Below are positions 1-9,091 of a stretch of DNA of 32,000 nt, one piece after another. The DNA comes from Candidatus Kuenenia stuttgartensis (lineage in GTDB: Bacteria > Planctomycetota > Brocadiia > Brocadiales > Brocadiaceae). Position numbers and translations under genes: made by a program. The stretch spans positions 4,200,001 to 4,232,000 of the forward strand of contig NZ_LT934425.1 in NCBI RefSeq assembly GCF_900232105.1, read 5' to 3'. The stretch's first letter is position 1; each line of letters begins with the position of its first letter. The notes beneath the pieces are model-generated. The model searched no databases. It was not told the DNA's origin and saw only the letters and a program-made list of their open reading frames with translations.

Positions 1-85
1 CTGTATCAGCCAGGAGGATTTTGAAGAAAAAAACGACCGGCAAAAGAACCGCAAGTAATACAAAAAACTTGTTCTTCTTTTTCAT
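1..85 (-). CDS. N-terminal start of a secreted/membrane protein running off the left edge (MKKKNKFFVLLAVLLPVVFFFKILLADT...)
   Basis: Reverse-strand ATG at 83-85 with a GGAGG-type SD just upstream (about 92-97), then a hydrophobic signal-like peptide open to the window edge. Confidence 0.45.
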   Translation of the reverse strand, partial: MKKKNKFFVLLAVLLPVVFFFKILLADT

Positions 86-294
86 TTTACCATCCTCCAT
101 TATTGATTATATGAAAACCCGTATCTCACAACGCACACTACTTTGAAACTACAAAATACTTTGATACGGAACATTGGCCAGCCACAAGGGTTGCGGCGCT
201 ACATTTCCATGCTTCCCCATGCGCCCTTAGGGAATGAGGTTTTTTGCAAATATTCATTAAAAAACCTATAGCATATAGCATATTAAAAATAATT

Positions 295-330
295 CATTTG
301 TATATACCCTATTTTGGGTGTATACAAATG
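295..330. repeat. 15-bp inverted repeat with 6-nt spacer
   Basis: catttgtatataccc-tatttt-gggtgtatacaaatg; arms match with one mismatch. Confidence 0.6.
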
Positions 331-820
331 GATGCCTACTTTTGGGTTAATGGATACATGCGTTTGCGCTTCTGTCAAACTACCGAAATACGACAGGCCT
401 GAAGGATTGAAAGCATATAGCCAAGGGCTTGGGTCATACGCATCAACCTAACTTGGCAGTAGTTGTAAAGGTTAGCATTGCAAGAACATGTGATATTAAG
501 TGTGGGTAGGTGAAGCGTTATCGTGCTTATTTATTTGTGCGTTGTACGCTGAGAGGATATAAAAAACCGGCATTTAAAGCAAGGGAGAGGTTAAAAACAA
601 CAATTTTTCAAAGAGAGGGCAAAATTTTTTTTAAATAAACACATTTTTTTCGGGACATACCTAAATTTTTTTGATATAAGGAAAATATAACTTACACCTA
701 AATCCTGCAAACGATTTTCGCAATGCGAAAATCAGTATTTTCCACTACCAAGATTGGCAAAAAGCGATAACAGATATCCGTTTTTTAGCAATTGTGGTAG
801 CGCTATTGTACTACTTTAAA

Positions 821-2289
821 CATTACTTTGTTAAAGAAAGCGTCTGAAAAAATATTTTTAAGTCGTAAGTCGAGTCGGCCACAACTTATGACTTAGCAAT
901 GCTTTGCGATAAATATTTACTCTTGATTTTGCTCGTTACTTCCGGTATTAATTGCACTTGTAAATTTTTTACACAATCAATTACCGGAGCAAAGGATTTG
1001 AGTATTTTCAGAACAAACATACCGTTATTAAATAAATTTCTTGAACATTTTGCATCGTGTTTTACTAAAAAACAATTTGCAATGTTTCTACTTGTCGTCT
1101 ACGCAATGTTTAAAGACTATAAAAGAAATTCACTGGAGGCCATGGCGCAAGCCGTTCATACGGATTACCAGAAATTTCAATGCTTCTTTTCTGAATCCAA
1201 ATGGGATTTACCCGCATTAAAGCAGAAAAGAATGGACATTATCCAAAAACAAAGAACCACGGCATTGACAAAAGACAGCATCCTTACCATAGATGATACC
1301 GGATGTCCAAAGCCCTATGCTAAAAATACAGAGGCAGCCAAATGGCAATATTGCGGTCCGCTTAAAAGGCCGGAAACCTGCAATGTTGTTGTTGGCGCGG
1401 CATTTGTCTCAAAAACAAAACATTTTCCCCTGGATGTTATTCCCTACCTTCCTGCCGATGAGTTCGGGGAAGGGAAAAATGATCCCAAATTTAAAGACAA
1501 AATACAAATAGCAATGGATATGTTTGATGCTGCTTCTAACGTCTTTGATTTTTCAGCTATTGCCTTCGACACATGGTATGCCTCTCAACGGTTTCTCGAA
1601 CATATTCACGCAAAAAAGAAACACTTTTTTTCAGAAATAAAATCAAACAGAAATATCTCCATGTACCATCCGGAAAAACAAAAATATTGCATAATCAAAC
1701 CAGATGAGCTCGTGACCCTCATCAAAAAGCATTATGCCGACAAAACCAAGTATGTTACTTTAAAATCCGCGGATGGAAGTGAAGTTTCCTATAAAACCTA
1801 CACGTTTGACGCCAAACTGAATGGTTGCAATGTCCCGTTGAAGTTTGTGGTAATTTTGGGAAAATGGAACAAGGAAGATGATAAAAAATATCATGTCCTT
1901 ATCACCAATCAACTCGACGCCTCTGTAAAAACGGTTATCACAAACTATCTGTTGCGTTGGGGTATTGAACACTGTTTCAAGGAATTGAAGGATACTTTTT
2001 ATTTCGATCATTATCAGGTAAGGCACATTGACAAGATTGAGCGATATTGGAATATTTGTCTGATCTCATGGACATTCGTTTACTGGATAAAACAAAACGC
2101 TTATCTGGATAAAATCATGGAAACAAAACCTTCTACCTTTAATGAATTCAAAAAAGCAATCAATTCCCTGCTTGAATTCTCATCAACAAACGCTTTATCA
2201 AAGAACGAAAAACTCTCACAAGAATATTTTAAAATTAAATCCGCTCGATTTAAGAAAAAAATCGCCGCTTAATTTTTAACAAAGTAATG
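821..2289 (+). mobile_element. Complete IS (IS701/IS4-like DDE), 1469 bp
   Basis: 15-bp perfect TIR cattactttgttaaa at both ends; 7-bp direct repeat ctttaaa at 814-820 and 2290-2296; encloses one transposase. Confidence 0.88.
899..2272 (+). CDS. IS701/IS4-like DDE transposase
   Basis: 457-aa ORF with LTIDDTGCPKPYAKNTEAAKWQYCGPLKRP and LLRWGIEHCFKELKD, typical of IS4/IS701-superfamily DDE transposases. Confidence 0.85.
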   Translation: MLCDKYLLLILLVTSGINCTCKFFTQSITGAKDLSIFRTNIPLLNKFLEHFASCFTKKQFAMFLLVVYAMFKDYKRNSLEAMAQAVHTDYQKFQCFFSESKWDLPALKQKRMDIIQKQRTTALTKDSILTIDDTGCPKPYAKNTEAAKWQYCGPLKRPETCNVVVGAAFVSKTKHFPLDVIPYLPADEFGEGKNDPKFKDKIQIAMDMFDAASNVFDFSAIAFDTWYASQRFLEHIHAKKKHFFSEIKSNRNISMYHPEKQKYCIIKPDELVTLIKKHYADKTKYVTLKSADGSEVSYKTYTFDAKLNGCNVPLKFVVILGKWNKEDDKKYHVLITNQLDASVKTVITNYLLRWGIEHCFKELKDTFYFDHYQVRHIDKIERYWNICLISWTFVYWIKQNAYLDKIMETKPSTFNEFKKAINSLLEFSSTNALSKNEKLSQEYFKIKSARFKKKIAA

Positions 2290-2296
2290 CTTTAAA

Positions 2297-3699
2297 CAAA
2301 AAGACATGAGAAATTGCCGGAAACGTGCTCCCTGATGCAATGAAAATCAAGGTAGGGATGTACTGTCTCCATCTGCGGTATACTTACCACTCTCAAAAGA
2401 CTAAAAAAACGAAATACAACGTCGGTTTTCTACTGAAAAACTACATCCAGTGACATGCGTTCCCACTTTTCCCATTCCTCCTGATGGAGAAATTTCTCCG
2501 GCAATTTTAATGTCATCTGCCGGCTTCTCTCCACCAGTTTCCCTGCCACACGGATTAACCACAGTCTCATCGTCTTTACTTCCCACTGTTGTATCACTCC
2601 ACCACTGAGCAATCCCATCCACTTCAAAAGATTATACGCTAACACCGCACACTGAAATAGCGCAGCATTGGCCAAAAATTCACCCGTACGTATGTGCCCC
2701 GCATTCATCTGTCCTTTACTCTCTTCTATCAAAGTCTCGCAGGTAGCCCTCTTTCCATAACAACGATGCGCTTCCATCGGACTTAACCGCTCCGTTGTAA
2801 CGTAACAAAAATACTCATACACGGACACTTCTACTAATTTCTTTTCTCTTTTGACCAATTGCCGCACTGCCACAAAACGTCTCGCACGATCCCACCCTGC
2901 ACATCGATACCAAAATTCAGCCTGTTCCCATCCTGGCTCCCCTTTCACCTCATTCCATTTCTGCCCTTCAAGCAATCCTTCCAGATTCTTCAGCTTTACC
3001 TTAATCAGATATCCCGCCAATATTGACTCAAGGTATTCAAGTAATTCTCCGGTAAAAAAACCGCTGTCTCCCCGAAATACCACCCTTACCCCCTTATTCA
3101 TGTACGCCATACATTCCTTCATGAACTCTACTACTCCGTTACTCGTGTAGGCGCTTCCACAGCGGAACCAACTATGTAATACCTCCTTTGTTTCTGCAAT
3201 AAATGCCATTAAGGGATGATACGCCTTCTGCCCCTTCTTGTGCGGATTATATCCTACCTCTGCACCCTCCTGTTTCCCATATACACCATCTACGGTAGAA
3301 TCAACATCTATCCATACTTCGCAAAGAGCACTCCTGAGTTTATGGCCTGATCTCACCGCACGCTTCCATATCTTTCCCCTAAACCGGTGGATCACCCCCG
3401 TCAGTTCCACTATATCTCCCTGACTCGCCAGCTTCATAATACGTCCTATCGTAGTATCTACAGGTACCTCTTTCCACCCGGACATCTTCTTCAATACCTC
3501 ATCTGTACACACCTTCATCACCTCTACCATCGATGTCGCCCCTGCTATCAACCCTATCACTACCATTTGTACCGCATCGACAAACTGATACCGGGCATTT
3601 GCTCCACGATCCTTATGGACCGCTTCATGGACTCTCTCCCGGAACATCAGCTTACCCATAAAATTCAATACCGGTAAAAGCCCTGCATGTACCGTTAAG
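2297..3699 (-). mobile_element. IS1380-family element, copy 1 (5' end appears truncated)
   Basis: Shared with copy 2 at 27574-28861 plus 29989-30118. The match stops at 3699, where an in-frame stop (tag cac tta acg) lies immediately upstream. Confidence 0.8.
2430..3668 (-). CDS. IS1380-family transposase (continuous ORF, likely N-terminally truncated)
   Basis: 412-aa ORF with VWIDVDSTVDGVYG, VVFRGDSGFFTGELL and CETLIEESKGQMNAGHIRTGEFLANAALFQCAVLAYNLLKWM, typical of IS1380 DDE transposases. Confidence 0.85.
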   Translation of the reverse strand: MNFMGKLMFRERVHEAVHKDRGANARYQFVDAVQMVVIGLIAGATSMVEVMKVCTDEVLKKMSGWKEVPVDTTIGRIMKLASQGDIVELTGVIHRFRGKIWKRAVRSGHKLRSALCEVWIDVDSTVDGVYGKQEGAEVGYNPHKKGQKAYHPLMAFIAETKEVLHSWFRCGSAYTSNGVVEFMKECMAYMNKGVRVVFRGDSGFFTGELLEYLESILAGYLIKVKLKNLEGLLEGQKWNEVKGEPGWEQAEFWYRCAGWDRARRFVAVRQLVKREKKLVEVSVYEYFCYVTTERLSPMEAHRCYGKRATCETLIEESKGQMNAGHIRTGEFLANAALFQCAVLAYNLLKWMGLLSGGVIQQWEVKTMRLWLIRVAGKLVERSRQMTLKLPEKFLHQEEWEKWERMSLDVVFQ

Positions 3700-3922
3700 T
3701 GCTACGTCTTAGAATAAATGCTCCAAAAATGCCCAATTAGTCTCAGAATATTTGAGTCTAATACCCAGCAAATGATTTGAAAAATCTTACCCAGCTACCC
3801 CGCCTTTTTTTTATCCTGCGTAAGTATTTCACTTGATTTTTTGTTCACGTTAAGAAAAATACATCGTTTACCCCGTTAGAAAGAAGTTCCGTCCGTAAGG
3901 CGGAGTAAAGCCTCATTAAATA

Positions 3923-3952
3923 GTTTGGAAGAGGTTAAAACCACTTCCAAAC
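3923..3952 (+). other. Hairpin in leader of the four-gene module
   Basis: GTTTGGAAG-a-ggt-taaa-acc-a-CTTCCAAAC. Confidence 0.55.
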
Positions 3953-4034
3953 TTCCTAACGGCGGTTTACTTCCCAGTTCCCCGTTTTCACGAGGACAAG
4001 TTTTGTAAGATTTTTCCGGAACATAAAAAACTCA

Positions 4035-4076
4035 GGGCAGGAGGACCGAACGTTGGGAAACTTCATCCTCCTGCCC
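4035..4076 (+). other. 11-bp-stem hairpin directly upstream of the first module gene
   Basis: gggcaggagga ... tcctcctgccc perfect complement, 20-nt loop, ending 29 nt before the GTG at 4106. Confidence 0.6.
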
Positions 4077-4105
4077 ATTTCCCCCCTATACAAAGGAGGC
4101 AGTGC

Positions 4106-4744
4106 GTGAATATTATAGAAAAAATCCACAAGCATGAAAAGCTTATTGCGACAAAACAGAAGCCATGCTTTTGTCCAAAGTGCAAGAGTACCCATGTCAA
4201 TTTCACCCTTCATGAATGCAGATATCGGTTGTTTCACGTTATTATCGACTCCCTTGTTCATACGATAGAATCTTTCCTGGGACGTTGGAAATGTTCCTTG
4301 TGCAAGAAGACGTTTACTTCCTATCCTGAGTATGCGCTCCCTTACAAGCGGTACGTAAAGGATCACTGTCTCTCCTTCAGTCAGGCTTATGTCAAAGATG
4401 ATACAGAAACCTACCGGAGTGTCTCCTCTGCCATCGGATATACTACCCGAACACAGGAAATAGACAACCGCATGCTTGCCTGGTCAACCGTTTGGAGGTG
4501 GCTGCGTTTCTTTGGCTCACTGAAATACACACTCCGCAACGCCTTTGACCTCATCAGGCAGGCCGACCCCAACTCTCCGGTTTTTCGCCAAATGTTTCCC
4601 ATTTACCACGGAAAGTATAAAAGCAAACAACGAAAAACCTCCCTCGATCAATCGATTCAATTGTTCAGCGCCGAGCCGGAATATCACCGAATTTTTGGGC
4701 ATTCATTTTTCCCCGAACTGGCAACAAAAAGCGGCTGGTCTTGA
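4106..4744 (+). CDS. Zinc-ribbon protein associated with a transposition module (possibly DUF6431-type)
   Basis: GTG start with SD ggagg at 4094-4098; cysteine pairs CFCPKCKS and WKCSLCKKTF; first gene of a tight operon with integrase and AAA genes. Confidence 0.6.
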   Translation: MNIIEKIHKHEKLIATKQKPCFCPKCKSTHVNFTLHECRYRLFHVIIDSLVHTIESFLGRWKCSLCKKTFTSYPEYALPYKRYVKDHCLSFSQAYVKDDTETYRSVSSAIGYTTRTQEIDNRMLAWSTVWRWLRFFGSLKYTLRNAFDLIRQADPNSPVFRQMFPIYHGKYKSKQRKTSLDQSIQLFSAEPEYHRIFGHSFFPELATKSGWS

Positions 4745-4751
4745 GTTACAA

Positions 4752-4779
4752 TCACCTCCACACTTAAAAAAGGAGGTGA
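4752..4779 (+). promoter_or_regulatory. SD-sequestering hairpin upstream of integrase gene
   Basis: tcacctcc (4752-4759) is perfectly complementary to ggaggtga (4772-4779), which contains the Shine-Dalgarno of the ATG at 4783. Confidence 0.6.
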
Positions 4780-4782
4780 ATT

Positions 4783-6343
4783 ATGAAATCGAAAGACGAA
4801 AAATGGGCTTTATTCTGGTGCAATCTTCTGCATCCTGTCATCTTCGGTGAGATTGAGAAGGAGCAGACCAACCTTTTTCTGAAAAAACTCTGCCTTCAGG
4901 AGGTCGTATTCCCCAACGGAAAGCGGAAAAGACCCACTATCTCTACCCTCAGGAGAAAACTCAACCGCTACCGCAAAGATGGATTTCAATCTCTTGCAAG
5001 AAAGGCGAGGAGCGACCGTGGCGCATCCAGAAGGTTTTCTCCTGAAATTATCGACAAAGCCGTTGAACTCAAAAAAGAACAACCACGCCGCAGCGACGAT
5101 TGCCTCAACCGCTTTCTTGAGAAATACTATGGGAAAACGATCCCCAAATCCACCCTCTACCGCCATCTCAGACTCGCAGGGGCGACCCGGCTCAAACTCG
5201 GCGTCTCACAGCAAAAGGTGCGTATACGCTCTTAGCCGTGAGCATACCCACGACCTCTGGATTGGCGACTTCCAGGAAGGCCCTTTCGTGCTCGTTGACG
5301 GCGAGGCGCTTCCCACAAACCTCTGTCTCTTTATCGACTGCTACAGCCGTTATGTGGTCGAAGGACGGTATTATCTCAAACAAACCCTCGATATCCTTAT
5401 CGATTCTCTCATCAGGGCCTGGACTATCCACGGCTCGCCCAAAGAACTCTACCTCGACAATGCCAAGGTCTACCACTCTGACGCCCTGCGCTCTGCCTGT
5501 TACAACCTCGGCATTAAACTCATCCACAGACCACCACGCGACCCTGCTCCCGGCGGACTGGTCGAACGTTTCTTCGGCACCAGCCAGACACAGTTCGAGT
5601 CGGAAGTCCGCTCCGGCGACATTATCACCCTTGATGCCATTAACCAGGCCTTCTCCGCTTACCTTGCCGTTGTCTATCACGCAAGAATCCACTCCGAAAC
5701 CAATCAATCTCCAAAACAACGCTACGACGAGGGGCTTACCGTCATCCGGCACGTCGATATGGACGCCGCTCTTGCCTTCTTCATGAAACGCATCCCCAGA
5801 ACCGTTGACAGAACCTTTGCCGATGTCCGCATTGATAACCGCTTTTACCGTGTTGACCCCAAACTCAGAGGCGATAAAGTAGAAGTCCGTTACGACCCAT
5901 ACGGCGATCTCAAAAAGGTCTTGATCTATTCCGCAAACGGTGAATACCTCGGCTCGGGAAATCTCTACCTGCGCGACCAGGGCGCTGAAACTCCAGCCGC
6001 CTCACCTTCAAAACCAAAACATAATTACCTCGACCCTATCACTCAGAAACACAAATCCATTCTCCAGGCTCAGGCCAAAGGCATTGATTACCACCAAATC
6101 ATCTCCGAACGACCCTGGCCATTCATGGCATTCGTCCAGAAACTCGCACTCCTCATGGGACACAAAGGCTCTCTCTCCGCCTTCAGCTCTCATGAACTCG
6201 AATCGCTTAAAAAATGCTACAACCGTATCCCCGCTCTCAACGAATCATTGCTCACGGAGGCATTCCAAAATGCCTCCGTGAAAACCTTACCCTATATCAT
6301 TCGTGAATTACAAATCGCTTACTCGAAAAAGGAGGTCTCTTAA
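4783..6343 (+). CDS. HTH + rve (DDE) integrase/transposase, TniA/TnsB/Mu-like, encoded in two frames
   Basis: Frame 1 (4783-5235) has a HTH region (RRFSPEIIDKAVELKKEQPRRSDDCLNRFLEKYYGKTIPKSTLYRHLRLAG) and ends at TAG 5233-5235. Frame 2 continues at SREHTHDLWIGDFQEGPFVLVDGEALPTNLCLFIDCYSRYVV...ELYLDNAKVYHS...GGLVERFFGT. A +1 shift joins them. Confidence 0.8.
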
Positions 6344-6345
6344 CC

Positions 6346-7137
6346 ATGTTTACTTCTCATTTTTCCATGACTACTCAGCCGTTCTCTGAAAGAATCAACA
6401 CCAGCCTTATCATGAAAGACGAACGCTTTACCCAGGGGCTTGCACGACTCCAATACCTCTTACACTCAGGCTCTATCGCCGTCCTCTACGGACAGACGGG
6501 AGTCGGAAAATCCACACTCCTCAAACTCTTCCTCTCACAAATCCCCCAAAACCTGTTTCTCCCCATCTACCTCCATTTTACCCACCTAAAATCATCCAGC
6601 CTTCTCTCCTTAATCGTCTCCCAGCTCGGTGAAATACCAAAACACACCAAAGACCGGCTCTTCCTCCAAATTATGGATAAATCCTTGCGCTCAAATCTCA
6701 CTCCCATTATCGTTATCGACGAGGCTCATCTCCTGAAAACCGACGCCATCACAGACCTCAGACTCCTTGTCAGCTCTCCGCTTGATTCTTCCACTCATCT
6801 CAAAATCATCCTCTCGGGACAGGAACACCTCAAATATATCCTCAAAAGAGACATCCATGCCGACTTCGCACAACGCATCTCGGTACATTACCACATTCAT
6901 CCCCTTACTAAAACTCAAACCGCTGCATACATAGACTTCCATCTGAAATCTTCCGGCGCATCCGATAAAATCTTTGACTCAGACGTCAAAGACCTGATCC
7001 ATGAGTTCTCCGCCGGCATCCCAAGGCAAATCAACGCCATTTCCACCGCCTGCCTGATTAACGCTTCCATCAGACAATCACAGAAAATTACCCAGGATAT
7101 CTTCCATCAGGCTCTTGCTGAAATTCAATCTTTTTAA
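6346..7137 (+). CDS. AAA+ ATPase, ExeA/TniB/TnsC-like transposition regulator
   Basis: Walker A GQTGVGKST, Walker B PIIVIDEAHLL, sensor-like IILSGQ; starts 3 nt after the integrase stop with SD ggaggt. Confidence 0.85.
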   Translation: MFTSHFSMTTQPFSERINTSLIMKDERFTQGLARLQYLLHSGSIAVLYGQTGVGKSTLLKLFLSQIPQNLFLPIYLHFTHLKSSSLLSLIVSQLGEIPKHTKDRLFLQIMDKSLRSNLTPIIVIDEAHLLKTDAITDLRLLVSSPLDSSTHLKIILSGQEHLKYILKRDIHADFAQRISVHYHIHPLTKTQTAAYIDFHLKSSGASDKIFDSDVKDLIHEFSAGIPRQINAISTACLINASIRQSQKITQDIFHQALAEIQSF

Positions 7138-7148
7138 GGAGGTCTACC

Positions 7149-7451
7149 ATGGCCCGTCTCTTTTCCCCTCAACTCTTGCGCTCATTACGAAACGATATCC
7201 CCATCGATCGACTCATCGCTGATGTCCTCTCCATACCTCATAAATACTCCGAAGGCTATTTCCGCTTCCTCTGCCCTCTCTGTTCTGAATTTAATTCCGC
7301 CACCAACCCAAATACGAACCTCGCCAGGTGTTTCCGTTGTAAAAAAAACTTTAATACCATCGACATCGTCATGGTAGATTCCAACTCCTCTTTCCCAGAT
7401 GCTGTCTATCTGCTAAAATCCGTTTTACCTCAATATATTAATTCCACTTAA
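7149..7451 (+). CDS. CHC2-type (DnaG-like) zinc finger protein of the transposition module
   Basis: 100 aa with YFRFLCPLCSEFNSATNPNTNLARCFRCKKNFNTIDIVM, a primase-type zinc finger; SD aaggaggt just upstream, same operon. Confidence 0.7.
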   Translation: MARLFSPQLLRSLRNDIPIDRLIADVLSIPHKYSEGYFRFLCPLCSEFNSATNPNTNLARCFRCKKNFNTIDIVMVDSNSSFPDAVYLLKSVLPQYINST

Positions 7452-7489
7452 TCTGAGAATTCCAGGTTCATTTATTGTGGGGCTTAGCA

Positions 7490-8874
7490 CCATAAGCGCT
7501 AACTTGTTTTATTGACAAATTTTATTCATCATGGTATTTTTATGTTAATTATCCCGCTAATCACTCTATAGGAGGATAAAGCCATGATGAGAGAAGATTG
7601 GGATCTTCTAAGAACTTTCTTCCCAAACGATTGGAAAAGTTTAGCCGTTGATACAAATGCTTTAAAAGGCTTGCGCAAGGATAAATCTGAAGAAAAGCTT
7701 CTTCGAACATTATTAATTCATTTAGGATGTGGCTATTCATTGCGTGAAACAGTAGTTCGAGCCAAGCGTGCTAACTTAGCAGATTTATCCGATGTTGCCT
7801 TATTAAAGCGATTAAAAAAGAGCAAAGAATGGCTATATAAATTATGTTTATCTTTATTCCGTGAGCGTGGCCTCCAAATTAATAAACGGAATAATTTTCA
7901 TCTTCGCTTATTTGATGCAACAACAGTAAAGGAACCTGGGAAAACAGGAAGTCTTTGGCGCATTCATTATAGTATTGAGGTTCCTTCATTATCTTGCGAT
8001 TTCTTTAAACTTACGGGAACTGAAGGAGAAGGCACAGGAGAATCTTTTCGGCAGTTTCCGATGAAAAAAGATGATTATATTATAGCTGACAGAGGTTACT
8101 GTACTGGCCAAGGAATTCATCATGCAACAAGGAAAGGCGCTTATCTTAGCGTTAGAGTTAATTCGCAATCTCTACGGATATTCGGCGAAGAAAAGAAACC
8201 CTTTCCTTTATTGAAAGAAATCCAATATTTAAAAAGACCCCTTGCTATAAAATCATGGAACGTTTTTATTCCAAACGTTGATAATACTGAATATGTCAAA
8301 GGTCGTCTTTGTATAATACACAAAACAGAAGAAGCCATTAAAATAGCTCATAAAAAACTTAAAAGACATGCAAGCAAAAAGGGCATTGAACTAAAACCGG
8401 AGACCCTTATTTATGCCAAGTACGTAATAGTATTCACAACGTTTCCTGAAAATCAATTTACCGCTTTTGATATCTTAGAATGGTATCGAGTTCGATGGCA
8501 AATTGAACTGGTCTTTAAAAGATTTAAACAAATAGCACAATTTGGACACTTACCTAAATACGATGATGATAGCTCAAAAGCTTGGCTTTATGGCAAACTA
8601 TTCGTTGCTCTTTTGACAGAAAAACTAATAGATTTTGCTACGTCTTTTTCCCCCTGGGGATACTTCATTGTCAAGCAAGAAGACTAAAAGCAAATGGCGT
8701 GAATTTGCTTTTATGCTTAATCAAGTAAAACGGGCTATAGAACCAGCGTTATCATTACAGGAAGTTCTTAAGTGCTGGAATGACATTGCTTGTTCTTTAG
8801 CAGAAAATACAAGAATCCGAAAAACACAGATATCAAAATACTTCGAGCATACCTAAAACAAGTTAGCGCTTATG
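7490..8874 (+). mobile_element. Complete IS4-family element, copy 1, 1385 bp
   Basis: 21-bp perfect TIR cataagcgctaacttgtttta at both ends; 11-bp direct repeat gggcttagcac at 7479-7489 and 8875-8885. Confidence 0.92.
7584..8856 (+). pseudogene. IS4-family transposase, C-terminus displaced by a frameshift
   Basis: ORF 7584-8687 contains VFTTFPENQFTAFDILEWYRVRWQIELVFKRFKQ (YREK-like signature). The expected tail WREFAFMLNQVKRAIEPAL... is in another frame (8635-8856), next to the run tttttccccctgggg. Confidence 0.75.
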
Positions 8875-9091
8875 GGGCTTAGCACCAGTGTCCAATCGTT
8901 ATTCACAGAATATTCGGCTCTACGGCCAAAACCTCACGGCTCATGGTATGGGCAGATCAGAATGGAATATTCTTTTTCGCCGATTCCTTTACCGGCACAA
9001 CTCATAATAAAAGGTGGAACAACTTCCAATCAGGTTTCATGGATTGGTTACCTAACCCGCAACCGGTTCCTTGCACCACCTAATCTGCTTG

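Noticed and set aside
3956-4366. 136-aa minus-strand ORF
   Set aside because: Overlaps the leader and the start of the zinc-ribbon gene on the opposite strand; low-complexity translation, no SD.
4106-7451. Idea that the module is a CRISPR-associated transposon
   Set aside because: No Cascade/Cas12k gene, no CRISPR array and no TniQ-like protein within the window.
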